From: Podarcis bocagei
Lineage: Eukaryota
Length of the DNA: 64,000 nt
Direction: 5' to 3' (one strand)
Assembly (NCBI GenBank): GCA_964188305.1
Contig: OZ076885.1
Shown piece after piece: positions 23,478 through 36,300 of this stretch. The notes beneath the pieces were generated by a model, which was not told where the DNA came from, did not search any database, and worked only from the letters and a program-made list of their open reading frames with translations. Position numbers and translations under genes: made by a program. Position 1 is the first letter of the stretch. Each line of letters starts with the position of its first letter.

Positions 23478-24901
23478 TTTATTTATATCCCGCCCTCCCC
23501 AGCCGAGCCAGGCTCAGGGCGGCTAACAACAATCAAATAAACAATCAAATAATCACACATTCTAAAAATATTTCATTATAAAAAATTAGTTAAAATCAAA
23601 TTGATGGCAACCGATTAAGCAAAATTCTGTGCAGGTTGCCAGAGGAGGGAGTCAGGCTGCGCCCTGACCAAAGGCCTGGCGGAACAACTCTGTCTTGCAG
23701 GCCCTGCGGAAAGATGTCAGGTCCCGCAGGGCCCTAGTCTCTTGTGACAGAGCATTCCACCAGATTGGAGCCGCAGCCGAGAAGGCCCTGGCTCTAGTTG
23801 AGGCCAGCCTAACCTCTCTGAGGCCTGGGACCTTGAGGATGTTATTATTTGCAGACCGTAGGTTTCTCTGTGGGGCATACCAGGAGAGGCGGTCCCGTAG
23901 GTACGAGGGTCCTAGGCCGTATAGGGCTTTAAAGGTTAAAACCAGCACCTTAAACCTGATCCTGTACTCCACCGGGAGCCAGTGCAGCTGGTATAGTACC
24001 GGATGAATGTGATCTCGCAGCGAAGACCCCATAAGGAGTCTCGCCGCGGCATTCTGCACCCGCTGGAGTTTCTGGGTCAGTCTCAAGGGCAGCCCCACGT
24101 AGAGCGAGTTACAATAATCCAGTCTGGAGGTGACCGTCGCATGGATCACAGTGGCTAGGTCGGGGCGAGAGAGGTAGGAGCCAACTGCTTAGCTTGACGG
24201 AGATGGAAAAATGCCGCCTTTGTTATAGCTGTAATCTGCGCCTCCATAGAGAGGGAGGTATCGAAGATTACACCCAAACTCTTAACGGACGGTGCTGGCA
24301 CTAATTGCACCCCCGCAAGAGATGGGAGTTGCCCCCTCGATCCCATATCGTCCCGCCCCAGCCAGAGGACCTCTGTCTTCGAAGGATTTAACTTCAACTG
24401 GCTCCCACGTAACCATCCAGCCACAGCTTCCAGACATCTGGTCAGTGTGTCTGGGGCCGAGTTAGGATGGCCATCCATCAACAGATAGAGTTGGGTGTCA
24501 TCAGCATACTGATGGCAACCCAGCCCAAAACTCCGGACAAGCTGGGCGAGGGGGCGCATAAAGATGTTAAAAAGCATCGGGGAGAGAATCGCACCCTGAG
24601 GCAGTCCACACACCAAGGAGTGACGCAATGACAATTCCCCCCCCAAGCGCCACCCTCTGTCCCCGATCAGAGAGAAATGAGCGCAGCCATTGAAGGACTG
24701 TGCCCTGGATCCCCATGTCGGCAAGGCGGTGGTCCAGGAGTTCGTGATCGACCATGTCAAAGGCTGCTGACAGATCTAGAAGAATCAGCAGCCCCGACCC
24801 GCCTCGATCCAGCTGCCTGCAGAGAAAATATAGTCCGGCCCACCACATGGTCTGAGGGATGGTGGACCGGCCCACGGCTGGAAAAGGTTTGCTGACCCCT
24901 G
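23176..24901. mobile_element. hAT MITE split by an L2 insertion
   Basis: Ends caggggtaaacaacc and ggtttgctgacccctg; TSD gtctagct/gtctagat; uninterrupted relative at ~39169-39418. Confidence 0.8.
23430..24824 (-). mobile_element. Young 5'-truncated L2 LINE, same subfamily as 4791-6843
   Basis: Near-identical to 4791-6155; (TTA)n tail; possible aaaata TSD. Confidence 0.92.
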
Positions 24902-27530
24902 GTCTAGATATTACTTTTAATACCTACTTTGGTGCACTCCGGAGTTTGGAGACACTACTTTTATGGACAGTCCCCACAATGATGTGTCAGAGAAGCGCAA
25001 CAATACAATATAGACATCTTTCTTCTTGCCTGCACGTGGGATTTGATGCTATAATGCATTGTTATATATGACTAGGTTGTTTAGATGTGTTTATGATGAA
25101 TATGTGTTGTGATGCTATTTGTTTCTTATAATAATAGATTTTAAAAGTAAAATCTAACTAGGCAAAAGGAAACCTTTTCCCCTCAATACTACAAATCTGT
25201 CAATTTTCCTATATTCTCTATAATGTTGGTTGTATTCCAGAATATAATGCATACTGCTACTTTTCTAATATCAATCTTGCTGATTTTTATCCTTCCTTAA
25301 CCCTATATTGGTGTTCCAGATTTGAACATACTCACATCTTGTGTTCATTATTTGAGGTCCTTCTCCAGGTCCTCCCTCTCTAAGAGAATTTCTGAAGCTG
25401 GCAAAAAGGGGGACATTCTTTCCAGCTGTGGCCCGAGGTTCACCTGATGCTGACATCAACATCTTTTGGACACCAGGTTAAGCTTACTGCTGCTTCAGTG
25501 ATATATTCTGGGAGGCACAGGTGTAGGCTTGGGAAGTCACCTGGCATGCATTACCTATAACTAAAGGAGTGCTGAACCCGTTGTTAACATCTCTGTTGAG
25601 TCACTAAACTTTAGTGGATCACCTCAATATTATCGAACACTCAGTGCTAATGCTTTGTTCTATCACTATAGAAGGGTAAATCATTATTACTAGATATGTT
25701 AGCTACCTAGCAACTTGTAATTGGGTATTGTGACACAGGAACATTTAAAGCAGTGGTGGCTAGCCTGTGGTCCTCCAGCCTACACACATCATCTATGCTG
25801 GCTGGGGCTGATGAGAGGTGGAGTCCACCACTTTGTGCAGGACTACAGGTTAGCCACCCCTATCTTAAAAGGTTAACCATCATGCTTGTCTGCATATGTG
25901 ATAATGCTAATTTCAGAGATATAAGGAACATACATCTGCTCTGAATTTCCAGTAGCAGCATCTGTGGATAGGGACAGTGATAAGAAATGTACCTAGAAGA
26001 ATTGCAGCGATGCTTCTCGGTTGAACTTTTTGAAAGGAAAGGAAAGCCCTTATTGTACAAGCAGCTGGTAGTGGAACTAGGCTAATAAACATTGCTAGAT
26101 CTTATTGCTGTCCTTTTTAAAATATATAATTTCCTATATTTTATTGGCACAAATATTTTAAAATATTTGGAAATACATAATGAGATCTCAGTTCTATTAC
26201 TGAGAATAAAACTTCATCAACTGAAGTAAATTACACAAAAGTAAAAATGTTTCAAACTGAAAAGTGTTATTATTCATACTCACATTCCAGGAGCTGAGGT
26301 TCTTCCTTAAAAAAGAAAAAAGTTAAGAATTATAGCAAAATATGTCAAAAGTGTTTTCTTTTCTGTCCTGATATAATAGATCTCAGGGTGTTTTGCCTTC
26401 ACATCATTTGCTTTCCAATTTGAATTAAAGCTATTATGCCAAGTGGGTGAGACCCTAGCATTAAACAGTGTGCTGTTTAATATTCAGAGTTTGACATCTA
26501 GTCTGTGTGGAATGAATGGAGCGGAGGTTTGTCCTAATCACGTCCGGGTTAGTATGGCAATTCCTATTAAAGGATCCATCCAATACAGACAGAATTTTAT
26601 TATAGCACGTTCAGCAGAAGGAACATCCTGGCACCTGCATCTGAATTGCCATGGAGAGACACTCACTACTTTGTGCCTCTTAATGCTCTTTATAGTACTG
26701 GAAGCTTACATGATAAAAAGGGGTTTATTTTAGAAGACAAGGCTTTTAGTGTTGCAGTAAATTCTCATACACAGGATTAGTCTGATGTGCTCATTATTGT
26801 AACTTACAGTCATTTATTTATGCTCAGGAGTGAAGAAGCAGGAAAGTGAAATTACACACATCATTAATACTTTCCAAAGCTTGTCTAATGTCTGCTATTA
26901 CTTCCTTTTCTACTTTAATGCTGCTCAATGTTTTCTCTCTCAAGACAGCCAGAGAGCACTAATAATCCCATTAAGTAGGTTACCTTTCAGTCATTAGCTA
27001 TATGGGGTCTCTTCTTCCCAAATATGAAGTGATCTGCATATTGTCCTCAGTCTCAATTTGACTAATACACAGTTCAGAATCTTTAACATAAATCTGCACA
27101 ATATACATATGTTTATTTTTCATCTTTCCTTCAAGGAACTGAAGGTGGCATAAATACCCCTCTCCTTTAACCTCACAAAAATCCTGTGACATACGTAACA
27201 CTAATGACTAGCCCAAGATCACCTAGTGAGCTTCTTGGCTGGCAGAATTTGAAAATGGGTCTCCGCAGTGCAAATCTGACACTCTGGTTAATGTGATCAC
27301 TACTAGTGATGTAATAACGGGGGGATATAGGCTGGTATCGCTCCAGTACCCCCCCCCCAGTGATTACAACATGTGCTGGAGTACCAGGGGGATTGAATTG
27401 CTATGGTCAATATTTACAGCCTGCAGCCATAGGCCATTGCCAGTACAATGAGATACACAAACATAAAAGGAAATGAAATTTCTACTTAAAATTAAAATTA
27501 TCTTAAAGCTTATTTGTGTTGCTCTTAATT

Positions 27531-27762
27531 GTAAAGGTAAAGGTAAAGGTAAAGGGACCCCTTACCATTAGGTCCAGTCGTGGCCGACTCTGGGGTTGTG
27601 GTGCTCATCTCGCTTTATTGGCCGAGGGAGCTGGCGTACAGCTTCCGGGTCATGTGGCCAGCATGACCAAGTCGCTTCTGGCAAACCAGAGCAGTGCACG
27701 GAAACGCTGTTTACCTTCCCGCCGGAGCGGTACCTATTTATCTACTTGCACTTTGACGTGCA
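27531..27762 (-). mobile_element. Sauria SINE, 5'-truncated
   Basis: (ACCTTT)n tail; body similar to 37351-37690. Confidence 0.8.
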
Positions 27763-28839
27763 CGGGTAAAGGTTTTTTTTTGTTTAAGTTGTACACAAAC
27801 AGGTATAGAAATAGCTGGACACGTGCCCAGCACAGAAAAAAAAAGTTCTGGAAACTGAGGAAAGGGGCAGAAAAACAGCCCAAATACATTCAAATTCATT
27901 AATAAGGAAAACAGATAGACAAGGCAGCGTAACTGAAACATACCAAATCATTCTACAAAGCTCAGCAAGCAGCAGAACAGCAATAAATAAAGGAAATGTG
28001 TAGAGGCTAACATGCCAAAAATGCACACAGGAAAAACTGGACTTGATGACCTGTTTGCAATATAAGGTCCCTGTCTGGAAATCCACTATGTTCCTTAAAT
28101 GTACCCTGAAACGGAGAATATTATTTTTAGCGAACTACATCCACTTTGTTTCATGGGGCTTCATGTAAACCACATTGAGAATTCAAAGCACAGTTTTCAT
28201 AAGATTACCGGTATATAAGAGAAAAGGTTGCAGGAAACTCCCTGCACATCTCTTGGAAAAGGAAGAGAACCAGCAGCATCCAAACCTAGCCTAAGAAGCA
28301 TCTTAGTTAGGAGAAAAAAGGCTGAAAATGCTGTAACAGCAGGGGGAAGCTGATGCCGGTCCTTTTCTCTATTCTCCTCTGTATATATTGTTATAAACAA
28401 GAAGTTGAGAGTACCAGGTATATATTAACCAGGTCTATCTCCGTTTCTTGTTTGCGGCACAGTTTACATCAGTATCTATCTAGATCGATAGTTTTAATGG
28501 ACCTATGAAAGGAAGTCGCCAACAACATTACCAATATGCAGGTCTGATACACAAACTTACTTAAGCAAGACATTTTGTCCGCATTCCTGGGACTCCCAGC
28601 TGGCGCCTAATGGACTACGAAAAGGAACAGCCGCAAAGCGACCCATTCCGCCCTAGTGCAACCGCCTGAAGTGCTGGCTCTGAACAACAACTTTTTCCAA
28701 GCCTGCTGACTAAGCAAAAAGTTAGCATGTTGAAGTTATATATTTTCCAAGCCACCTATCTACCCTCTTGCTTCGATCCGTCTACGCTGAAGAGTGTAAA
28801 CAACTTGCCTGCACAGGTGTGTGGGGCCTAAGGCAGAGG

Positions 28840-29200
28840 TAGCCAGTTGCATGCTGGGAGACGTAGTATTTTCTCACGAAAGGAACTTAGCAGCGAGGAA
28901 GCTGCTGCACTACACTACCCAGAATTCCTCTGCGAAGAGAGGTGTGAGGCGCCGCCCTTTGCCTACCTGAGCGCAGGTTGTGGGTTCCCATGGCAACAGG
29001 GAAGAGGGTTAGTTATGAAGACGCCTCCTTGTCCCCTCAGCTGCTAAAATTGTTATCTTCGCGCAAGAGGGTTTTTTGGGGTGCAACTGGGCCATGGCTT
29101 CTTGAGTTAGAGGTTGGTGTTGCTTCTTTTATTCGTTGGAGTCTCGCGTGCTGGGTCTTCTCTGTACTAGGCCAGGAAGAGAGAAACACGCACGTGTCAT
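28840..29200 (+). promoter_or_regulatory. Probable SIGIRR promoter region
   Basis: Local CpG retention; two ZNF143/SBS-like motifs (28849-28867 reverse, 28909-28928), GC box, RFX X-box gttcccatggcaac at 28984-28997, E-box cacgtg at ~29191. Confidence 0.5.
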
Positions 29201-31876
29201 GATGGTGATAAGAAAAAAGGCTTTTTTCTTCTTCTTAAGGCCTCCAAGAGTGGAGCTTAGGCAACGTGAGACTATTACTGCGGGAGAGGTAGCAGCTTCT
29301 GGTTCCTTGGGCTGTGCCTTCGTGCAGTACAAAAGCAGTATATTGGGACATACAGTGAAAATGGGATTGCTGCCTTTAGTAAACATTAATCCGTCCTTCC
29401 TTTTTGTAACACAATTTTAGCGTTATTTTGCAGGTATTCCTCAGCAGTGATTATGTTTGCCCATGTTAGGAATTGAGGTTGAAGTTAAATTTGCAGCTTG
29501 AAATTCTTTGGTGTAGAAGTAGTCCCCTGTTATCTTACCTTGGGGCAAAGTGTGTGGTTTGGGGGTTTGCCTAGCGATGTGTTGAGATAATCCATATTTT
29601 TATTTGAAAAAGGCTTGGGACACCTAAACAGAACATGAACTCCCCTAACTAAAAGACCTATAGCTTGATCCAGTTTACCTGGAAGTCATTAGTGCAAAGT
29701 TGAATGGGGCTTACTCCTAAGGAAGTCAACATAGGAATATAGGCTTTGGATAAAATCGTATGCATACTTACTTACTATTGAGCACAGTAGGACTTGCTGC
29801 TTTTGAGTAAACAGGCATAAGATCTACTGAGGTAAAGGGTGGGGTGGGGAACAGGAACTTAACATTTCCGTCTTAAAACCATTTAAGCAAGTCAAATTGA
29901 TTTTAGTGATCCAGGCAACAGTATTTACGACTACAGCCACAGATTCAGTTTTCTTATTTTAATTTGGGTTCATTAAAAAAGTGTAGGCGCACAGTCTAGC
30001 CAATGTTTGAGACGTTTTTAACAACACAAACTTACACATATACTCAGAAGCAAGTAACTTTGCTCAGTGGGGCTTAATTCCTGGTAAGTGCACAGATGAT
30101 TGCAGCTAGGACCTCCTTATACTTGGTGGGACAGTGCTGAGTATACATTTAGGCTTGCCACATGAACCCTTTGTTCCTTATTGAAACTAATGGGACTCAG
30201 ATGTGCTTAACTTTGGCTGGGTGTGATTAGTTTTTTGTTAGACGACTATACTGTTGCTTCTGAGCTTTAAAAAAATCCTAAAATAGAATATGATTACTAG
30301 ATCATATTGGATATCTTGGGCATTTTATACAGAAGCTGTTGTTGTAAAACTAAATTTTAATTTATTAGCTACAAAATGAATAACTGGAAGGAAGTGGACA
30401 TGTTTGGAAGATGATTGATTGCTGGGGATACTGGGGATACTGACGGCTTGGTTTCTAGGGCAACAGGTTTCTCTGCAGCTGTTCAGAAAAGAATGAAGCG
30501 AGATGCGTAAGGGAGAAGTCTATAATCTGTTGGTAAGATTCTACCCTAATTTCATGATTGCTTTGGACTGTCCAGGCAAATTAAAGCAACATTTGTTAAG
30601 AATTCAAGATACATTATAACTAATAAGCTATGCATCTCTGATGTTCCCTGAAATGCATCATTTTGAGCTTCTTGGGGACAATGCTACAGCATCACATGGA
30701 CAGAACAGATGAAAATAATTTTTGTGACTTGAAGAACCAGATTTTATGGGCCAATATACTTAGGTTACAAAACATTTGGGCCAAAATGTATAAACCATAA
30801 TAAAATATCTCCCCATTCTGCTCAAGCTTGTAAGGCTTGTACTCTACCATCAAGCTGCTTTTCAGATGTAGTTAGTTAGACTGAATATTGCTCTTCCCAT
30901 TGCACTAAATGAGAAACACAGTATTCAGAGCAAAAACCTGATCTTGTTGTCTCCCGTGGAAGGCAACTAGGAATCACAAGGAGTACCATGCTGGGTCATA
31001 ATTGTGCAGCAATTATAGCATCAGTGCAGTGCAGCAAAATACTCAGGATGTACCAACACAACACTCTGGAGTTGCTCTGTGTGAGGTCTTGCAAAAGTCA
31101 GATATGTGGAGTGTGGAGGAGTGTGATGCCACTCTGCAAAATCCTTGAATCAGGAGACCTCCCGCCTTAGTACTGTTACCAGTGTTGTGACCACAAACCA
31201 TATAAATTAGCCAAATGTGACCATTACTGTAAAGCACTTTGCATGTTGAAAGTACTATGTAAATTATATATAACTAATTTAAAAATGAAAATTGGATGAC
31301 AGAGCCTGTAATTCAGAGCCTTCCTAGGGCATAGGCAAAGACACCAGTTGTGCAGTGATAAAACTGGAAACTGCCACACGCTCCATCTCATACTAGTACC
31401 CATGCCCATGGGCAACACAGAGCAGATGGGACAGAGGAAAGGGAACAGGAAATGCAGTGGATGGAACCCCAAACAGTGGGTGTCTGCTTTGTAAATGTTG
31501 CCCTACTTGGAGCACAGCAATTCTGTTCAAGGCCTGTCCCCATCTATCAGGGCAAGCTGGTGTGCCTCAGGTGATAGTGCCTGTGGTATCTGAGAGGATG
31601 GTGAAAGAAATGTGTGCATGAGTAGAATTTTGTACTAAAATCCACGTGTCTGCAAAACAAGACTTTTATGGCAATACTTGATATACAGTATTTCCTGTTT
31701 GTGAGCATTCTTGCCCTGTGTGTGAAGGGTGATATGCAAATGCCATAAACAAAGGGCTGTAATGTGTCAGCTATTTAGTTTAGTATTATATTGTTACCAC
31801 CATTGTATGGATTTGTCATTTGCATTTTCTGTTCTTGGAAAATGTATTAAGCCATTTTTGTCTCTTTTGGAAGTTA

Positions 31877-32135
31877 CCGTATTTTTTGCTCTGTAAGACT
31901 CACTTTTTCCCTCCTAAAAAGTAAGGGGAAATGTGTGTGCATCTTATGGAGCGAATGCAGGCTGCACAGCTATCCCAGAAGCCAGAACAACAAGAGGGAT
32001 TGCTGCTTTCACTGCACAGCCATCCCTCTTGCTGTTCTGGCTTCTGAGATTCAGAATATTTTTTTTCTTGTTTTCCTCCTCCAAAAACTAGGTGCGTCTT
32101 GTGGTCTGGTGCGTCTTATAGAGCGAAAAATATGG
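31877..32135. mobile_element. Tc1/mariner-type MITE
   Basis: Inverted ends ccgtattttttgctctgtaagac and gtcttatagagcgaaaaatatgg; TA on the left flank. Confidence 0.7.
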
Positions 32136-33222
32136 TGCTTGACATAGATCAGGTACCTCTTACTGTTACACACTAAAAACTTGCCTGCCATTCATATAGT
32201 CATTGTGGTTAAGGATTACTTGCTTATATGGGACAGCAGCTTTGATCAGGTAATGATTCTGAATACAACTTTGGGGAGCCTAGTGGTTATTCCATGTTTC
32301 ATGTTTAGGTTTCTGAAAGCTTCTCTGTAATTGGAGAGTTGTTCCTCTTTTATGCATTTTCTTTCACATCTGAACTGTATATTAGCTGCACTTCATGATC
32401 AGAATTATGAGTAGCCCTGAGTGTGTATTTTATGCTACATTTAAAAAGAAAACAGCAGCACATCTTTTACAGATTAAAAAAGAGAATTCAGCTCTACTAG
32501 TATTGTTTTTCAGTTCAGTAATAGAACTTACACACATGGTGTAGCTGTCAGGTTTGGTCTTGTCTTGAGATCTAACATTTTCCCTTTGCCTGAAAGCAGG
32601 CCTCCTTGGTGTATTTTCCTTGTTTACTCCTTAGGGGGGTTCTTGTTTACTCCTTGGGGCATTTTCATGTTTATAGTCCACAGCAGTCTTTGCCAGGATC
32701 CAGGATAACCGGCTGGCTTAGTGCCATAGAGCGGCTATCCTCACAGCTGCAGAGCTTTTGAGCAACCTGCCTCCTGGCTCTTTACTGAGCAAACTCTTGG
32801 TCGGCTGTTTTGCTGCCAACACGCTGGGTGGGTTTGTTGATTTTAAGAGTCCAGGTTTCATTTTCTCCTTGTATGCAGGTGGAAAGGTGGGTGGAGCAAT
32901 GATAGCAGGTGGGAGGAACTGGCTGTCCCGAGTGCAGGCCTGGAAGATTGTGATTGGGGGTGGAGAATAGAACAAGTCATTTAAGGAGGACATGGAATGA
33001 ACAAACAAAAAAAAGCAGAGGGAGATACTTAACTGGCAAAGCCAGTCTGTTGGCCAGTCATGTGATTAACATGGCTACGATCAGGGAGTGCACAGCAAGG
33101 ACACACAAGGAGTCTCAGGATTTGAAGGTGGCTGCCTGAATCTCAAAGAGGGAAGTCCATAAAGGTAATTATTTCCCCTGTGCTTTTCCATTTTGTAGGA
33201 TGCTGCTTGTGAATTAGCTAAA

Positions 33223-33322
33223 ATGACTGTGAAATTGCTCTCTCTTCTGCCTGTGCCATCTGTGCTCTTGGCTTTCTGCCTTGCCACAAGGAGTGAGCAG
33301 GAAAGGACAGCAGCTTTACAAG
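33223..33322 (+). CDS. SIGIRR: SIGIRR putative first coding (signal peptide) exon, [33 protein letters not shown]
   Basis: Pyrimidine-tract acceptor at 33197-33198, ATG with A at -3, hydrophobic leader, AAG|gtgaga donor in phase 1 matching the 43948 acceptor. Confidence 0.65.
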
Positions 33323-36300
33323 GTGAGACTAAAAGAAAAAGTTGTCCTGGTGTGGTTTGTGTGTTTTATGAATATATGTAGGCTTGTGGTACTTAGCAAT
33401 TAAGGCAGTCTGCCCCACTGTTTTTTCTTCTCTGTGCCCTTCTTGCTTGACCTGATCAGGCCTCCTGCCTTTACAGTCACTTGTGCTTCAACCACTAATC
33501 TCTCTTCTGTGTTTGGATATCTCTTTCTGGAGGAGACACACTTTATTTATGAGACAATATGAGTATTTTGAGAGAAGATTTGAAACTTCTTACATGGCAG
33601 GCCTATTTCCATTGTTGTTTCTGTTTGGCACAGTGGCCTTTCCTAGGCCTTGCTTCCCAATTTGAAATTAGTTTTCCATTGTTGTTTTTTTGGTCAGTGA
33701 GATTTGTGTGCGTGCGTTTGTATTTAACACTTGCTATCTGATCATAGGGGTGTCCTATGTTTTCCATTTGTTCTTGAGGCCTCATTGAATTCCATTTTCC
33801 CATGACACACATTGCCAGGTTCCTGTAGGCTTCACATCAGCTCACTGATGCTTGATATGGCTGGCTTCTGCCCTGTGAGGGCTTATTATTATTATTATTT
33901 CAGTAGTCAACATTTGTCTATCCATCATTCTCTTTGCCTTCTGCTTAACATTTGCTGTGGGGGTGCATGGAGCTTTAGGAGAGAATGAAAAGTGCATCCA
34001 CTGTTCTTCTGACCTATATAATCCAGTCTTACTCTGGCCTCTGCCCATGCTGGCCCTGCAGCCAGTGGAACTTTGGAGAAAAAAATGGGCTATTCTTCTC
34101 TGGGAACACAGGATGCTGGCTAGTCAGTTGCATTCTAAGGGGTGGCTTAGTACAGCAACATAGTCTTCCTATTGGCTGATCAAATCCTAAGTTTATATGC
34201 TGACCAGCTATGTGGTGTTTATTTGTTTTCTGTTTTTCATTTGCATTACTCTTGGCTGCCTTGGACATATGTAGAAGGAAGTGGAATACAGTTTTTTAAA
34301 AAGAAATTAATTAGTAATGGCCAACTTGTAGGGATCTTCAAAATATGTGAGTGTGCTACTCTATATTGCATTACAGTACCTGTGCAAACTGTGTGTGTTA
34401 GGCTACCAGTGGCTTTCCCTCTAGTCCAGTGTTTCCCAAACTTTTTTGGGCAACGGCACACCTGTTTACTGAAAAAAAATCTCGCGGCACACCACCATTA
34501 AAGCCCCGCCCCGTGACGTCAGCGCGCAGCGTCACGCCGGGAGGGACACACGAAAGTGAAAGTTTTTTCCCTCCCCCCTCAGTCCCTCGCTCGGGTGCAA
34601 AGCGCCTGCTTTTCACGCAAAAGGTCGCTGGTTCAATCCGCGGAGCCTGCCTGCAACCCTGGAGAGCAGCTGCCGGTCCGTGTAGGCAATCCTGAGTGAG
34701 ATGGACCACTGGTTCAGTATTAAGTATTCTATGCTATCCTATGTAAATACGGATTTAGCCTCGGTTTGCTCTGGCTTTGAAGCTAAAGGTTAAAGGGGGG
34801 GGGCAGAGAGACGTGTAGACCCGTTTGCGTAGGTCCCCAGTGTTTCCCCATGGGGTCCCAAGGAAGAGCGGCGCCACCCGATTGGATTTCCTAAACTCCC
34901 GCCCTGAGCGCTGGAGTTCCGCGTAACCCAAATTAAACCCGGTTGCTTACACTCTGTCCAGGAGGACGCACAATCCCCGCTTGACGGATGGGTCTGTTCC
35001 AAGGCTGGCTCCGCTGGCAAAGCCGGCTTGCTGGACGCCTCTTGGCAGGGAGAGAAGCGGACGGACGAGTTTTAAGAGGCTCTCCGTCGCTCCAGAAGAA
35101 GGCAGGGCGAAGATTTCAAGGGGCATTGCTCCGGCTGCTCCCTCTCCCGCCGCGCAGGAGCGATGCCTCTCTCTGGCTCTTCCTCCGCGCAGGCTGAGGG
35201 AGGGAGGGAGGTGCGCGTGTGACCCGTCTCTGCTGGGAGACCAAACCCAGCGAGGCAGAGTCGCGCGGAGGCGCCCAGGCAGCGCTGCCGGCTGCGAGGA
35301 GGAGCGCCAGGCAGCAGCAGGAGGCGCGGCCTCTCCTCGCCGCCGCCGCCCCGCCTCTCGCCGCCCGACTCGCCCGCCTCCCTCCAGGCATCTCGCGGCA
35401 CACCAGCCGATGTCTCACGGCACACTCGTGTGCCGCGGAACACCGGTTGGGAAACACTGCTCTAGTCTTCTAATCTCTGGAGTAGGTGTCATTGCAGTGC
35501 TGAAGAGACAGGCAAGAATATACATTTGATTTTGCCTTAGTCGGGCCTATAAATCCTTAGCTTCTAGTCCAGAAGTGCCATAGACTCATTCTGCCTTTGC
35601 CACTGTGATGTTTGTGCCACAGCTGATTACTATGGGGTTAAATTTAGTATGTGGTGGGGCAATGAAACACTAGGTTAGCCATACATGGAACTGACACATT
35701 TATTCCCATAATTAGTGTTTTCAAATGACCATATAAATAAATAGTTGAACTGTCGTTGTAGGAAGTGAGCAGATTTATCTCAGTGTCACAGATATCTGCA
35801 TACAAGATTTTTACTTCCTTATGATTTATTTTTGATGTGGCTCACAAAATGATCAGGCAGTGCACGATGAAGAAACTCTACTGTGATCCTTCTAGATTTA
35901 ACTTGCTATCCCTATGTATTGGTAAAATAGCTTTGTTAGTACAGAGATGAAGTACTCTTTCGTAACACATCCTACTACAAAGGTAAGGATGCTAACCTTC
36001 CATTTCCATCGATTGACAATGGGGACACAACCTGCATCTCTTATTAAGTTGTATGCTTAAGTAGGGTTGTGTTGGTATCCGTCTGTCTTGGGAGACAATA
36101 GACGAGTGTGCCTTTGGGAGTGAAGTCAAGCTGTTGGAGAGTTACAGTGTCTGCAGTGGTTCCAGAAACATATACAGGAGAGATATGTTTTCTTGCAGGT
36201 GGAGCAGAAGAAGGCATCTGGTTTTGCTGCTAAAGTTACACCATGGTGTTTCTTTTTTCTGTGCTCATACATTCTGTGCTCATACTGTGGTCATTCCTCT

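Noticed and set aside
34590-34645. tRNA gene (ggttcaatcc T-loop); likewise 37351-37430
   Set aside because: These are SINE heads followed by SINE bodies; no complete cloverleaf.
34427-35459. Native SIGIRR CpG-island promoter
   Set aside because: It is bounded exactly by TIRs and an 8-bp TSD, and lies downstream of the putative first coding exon, so it is an inserted element.
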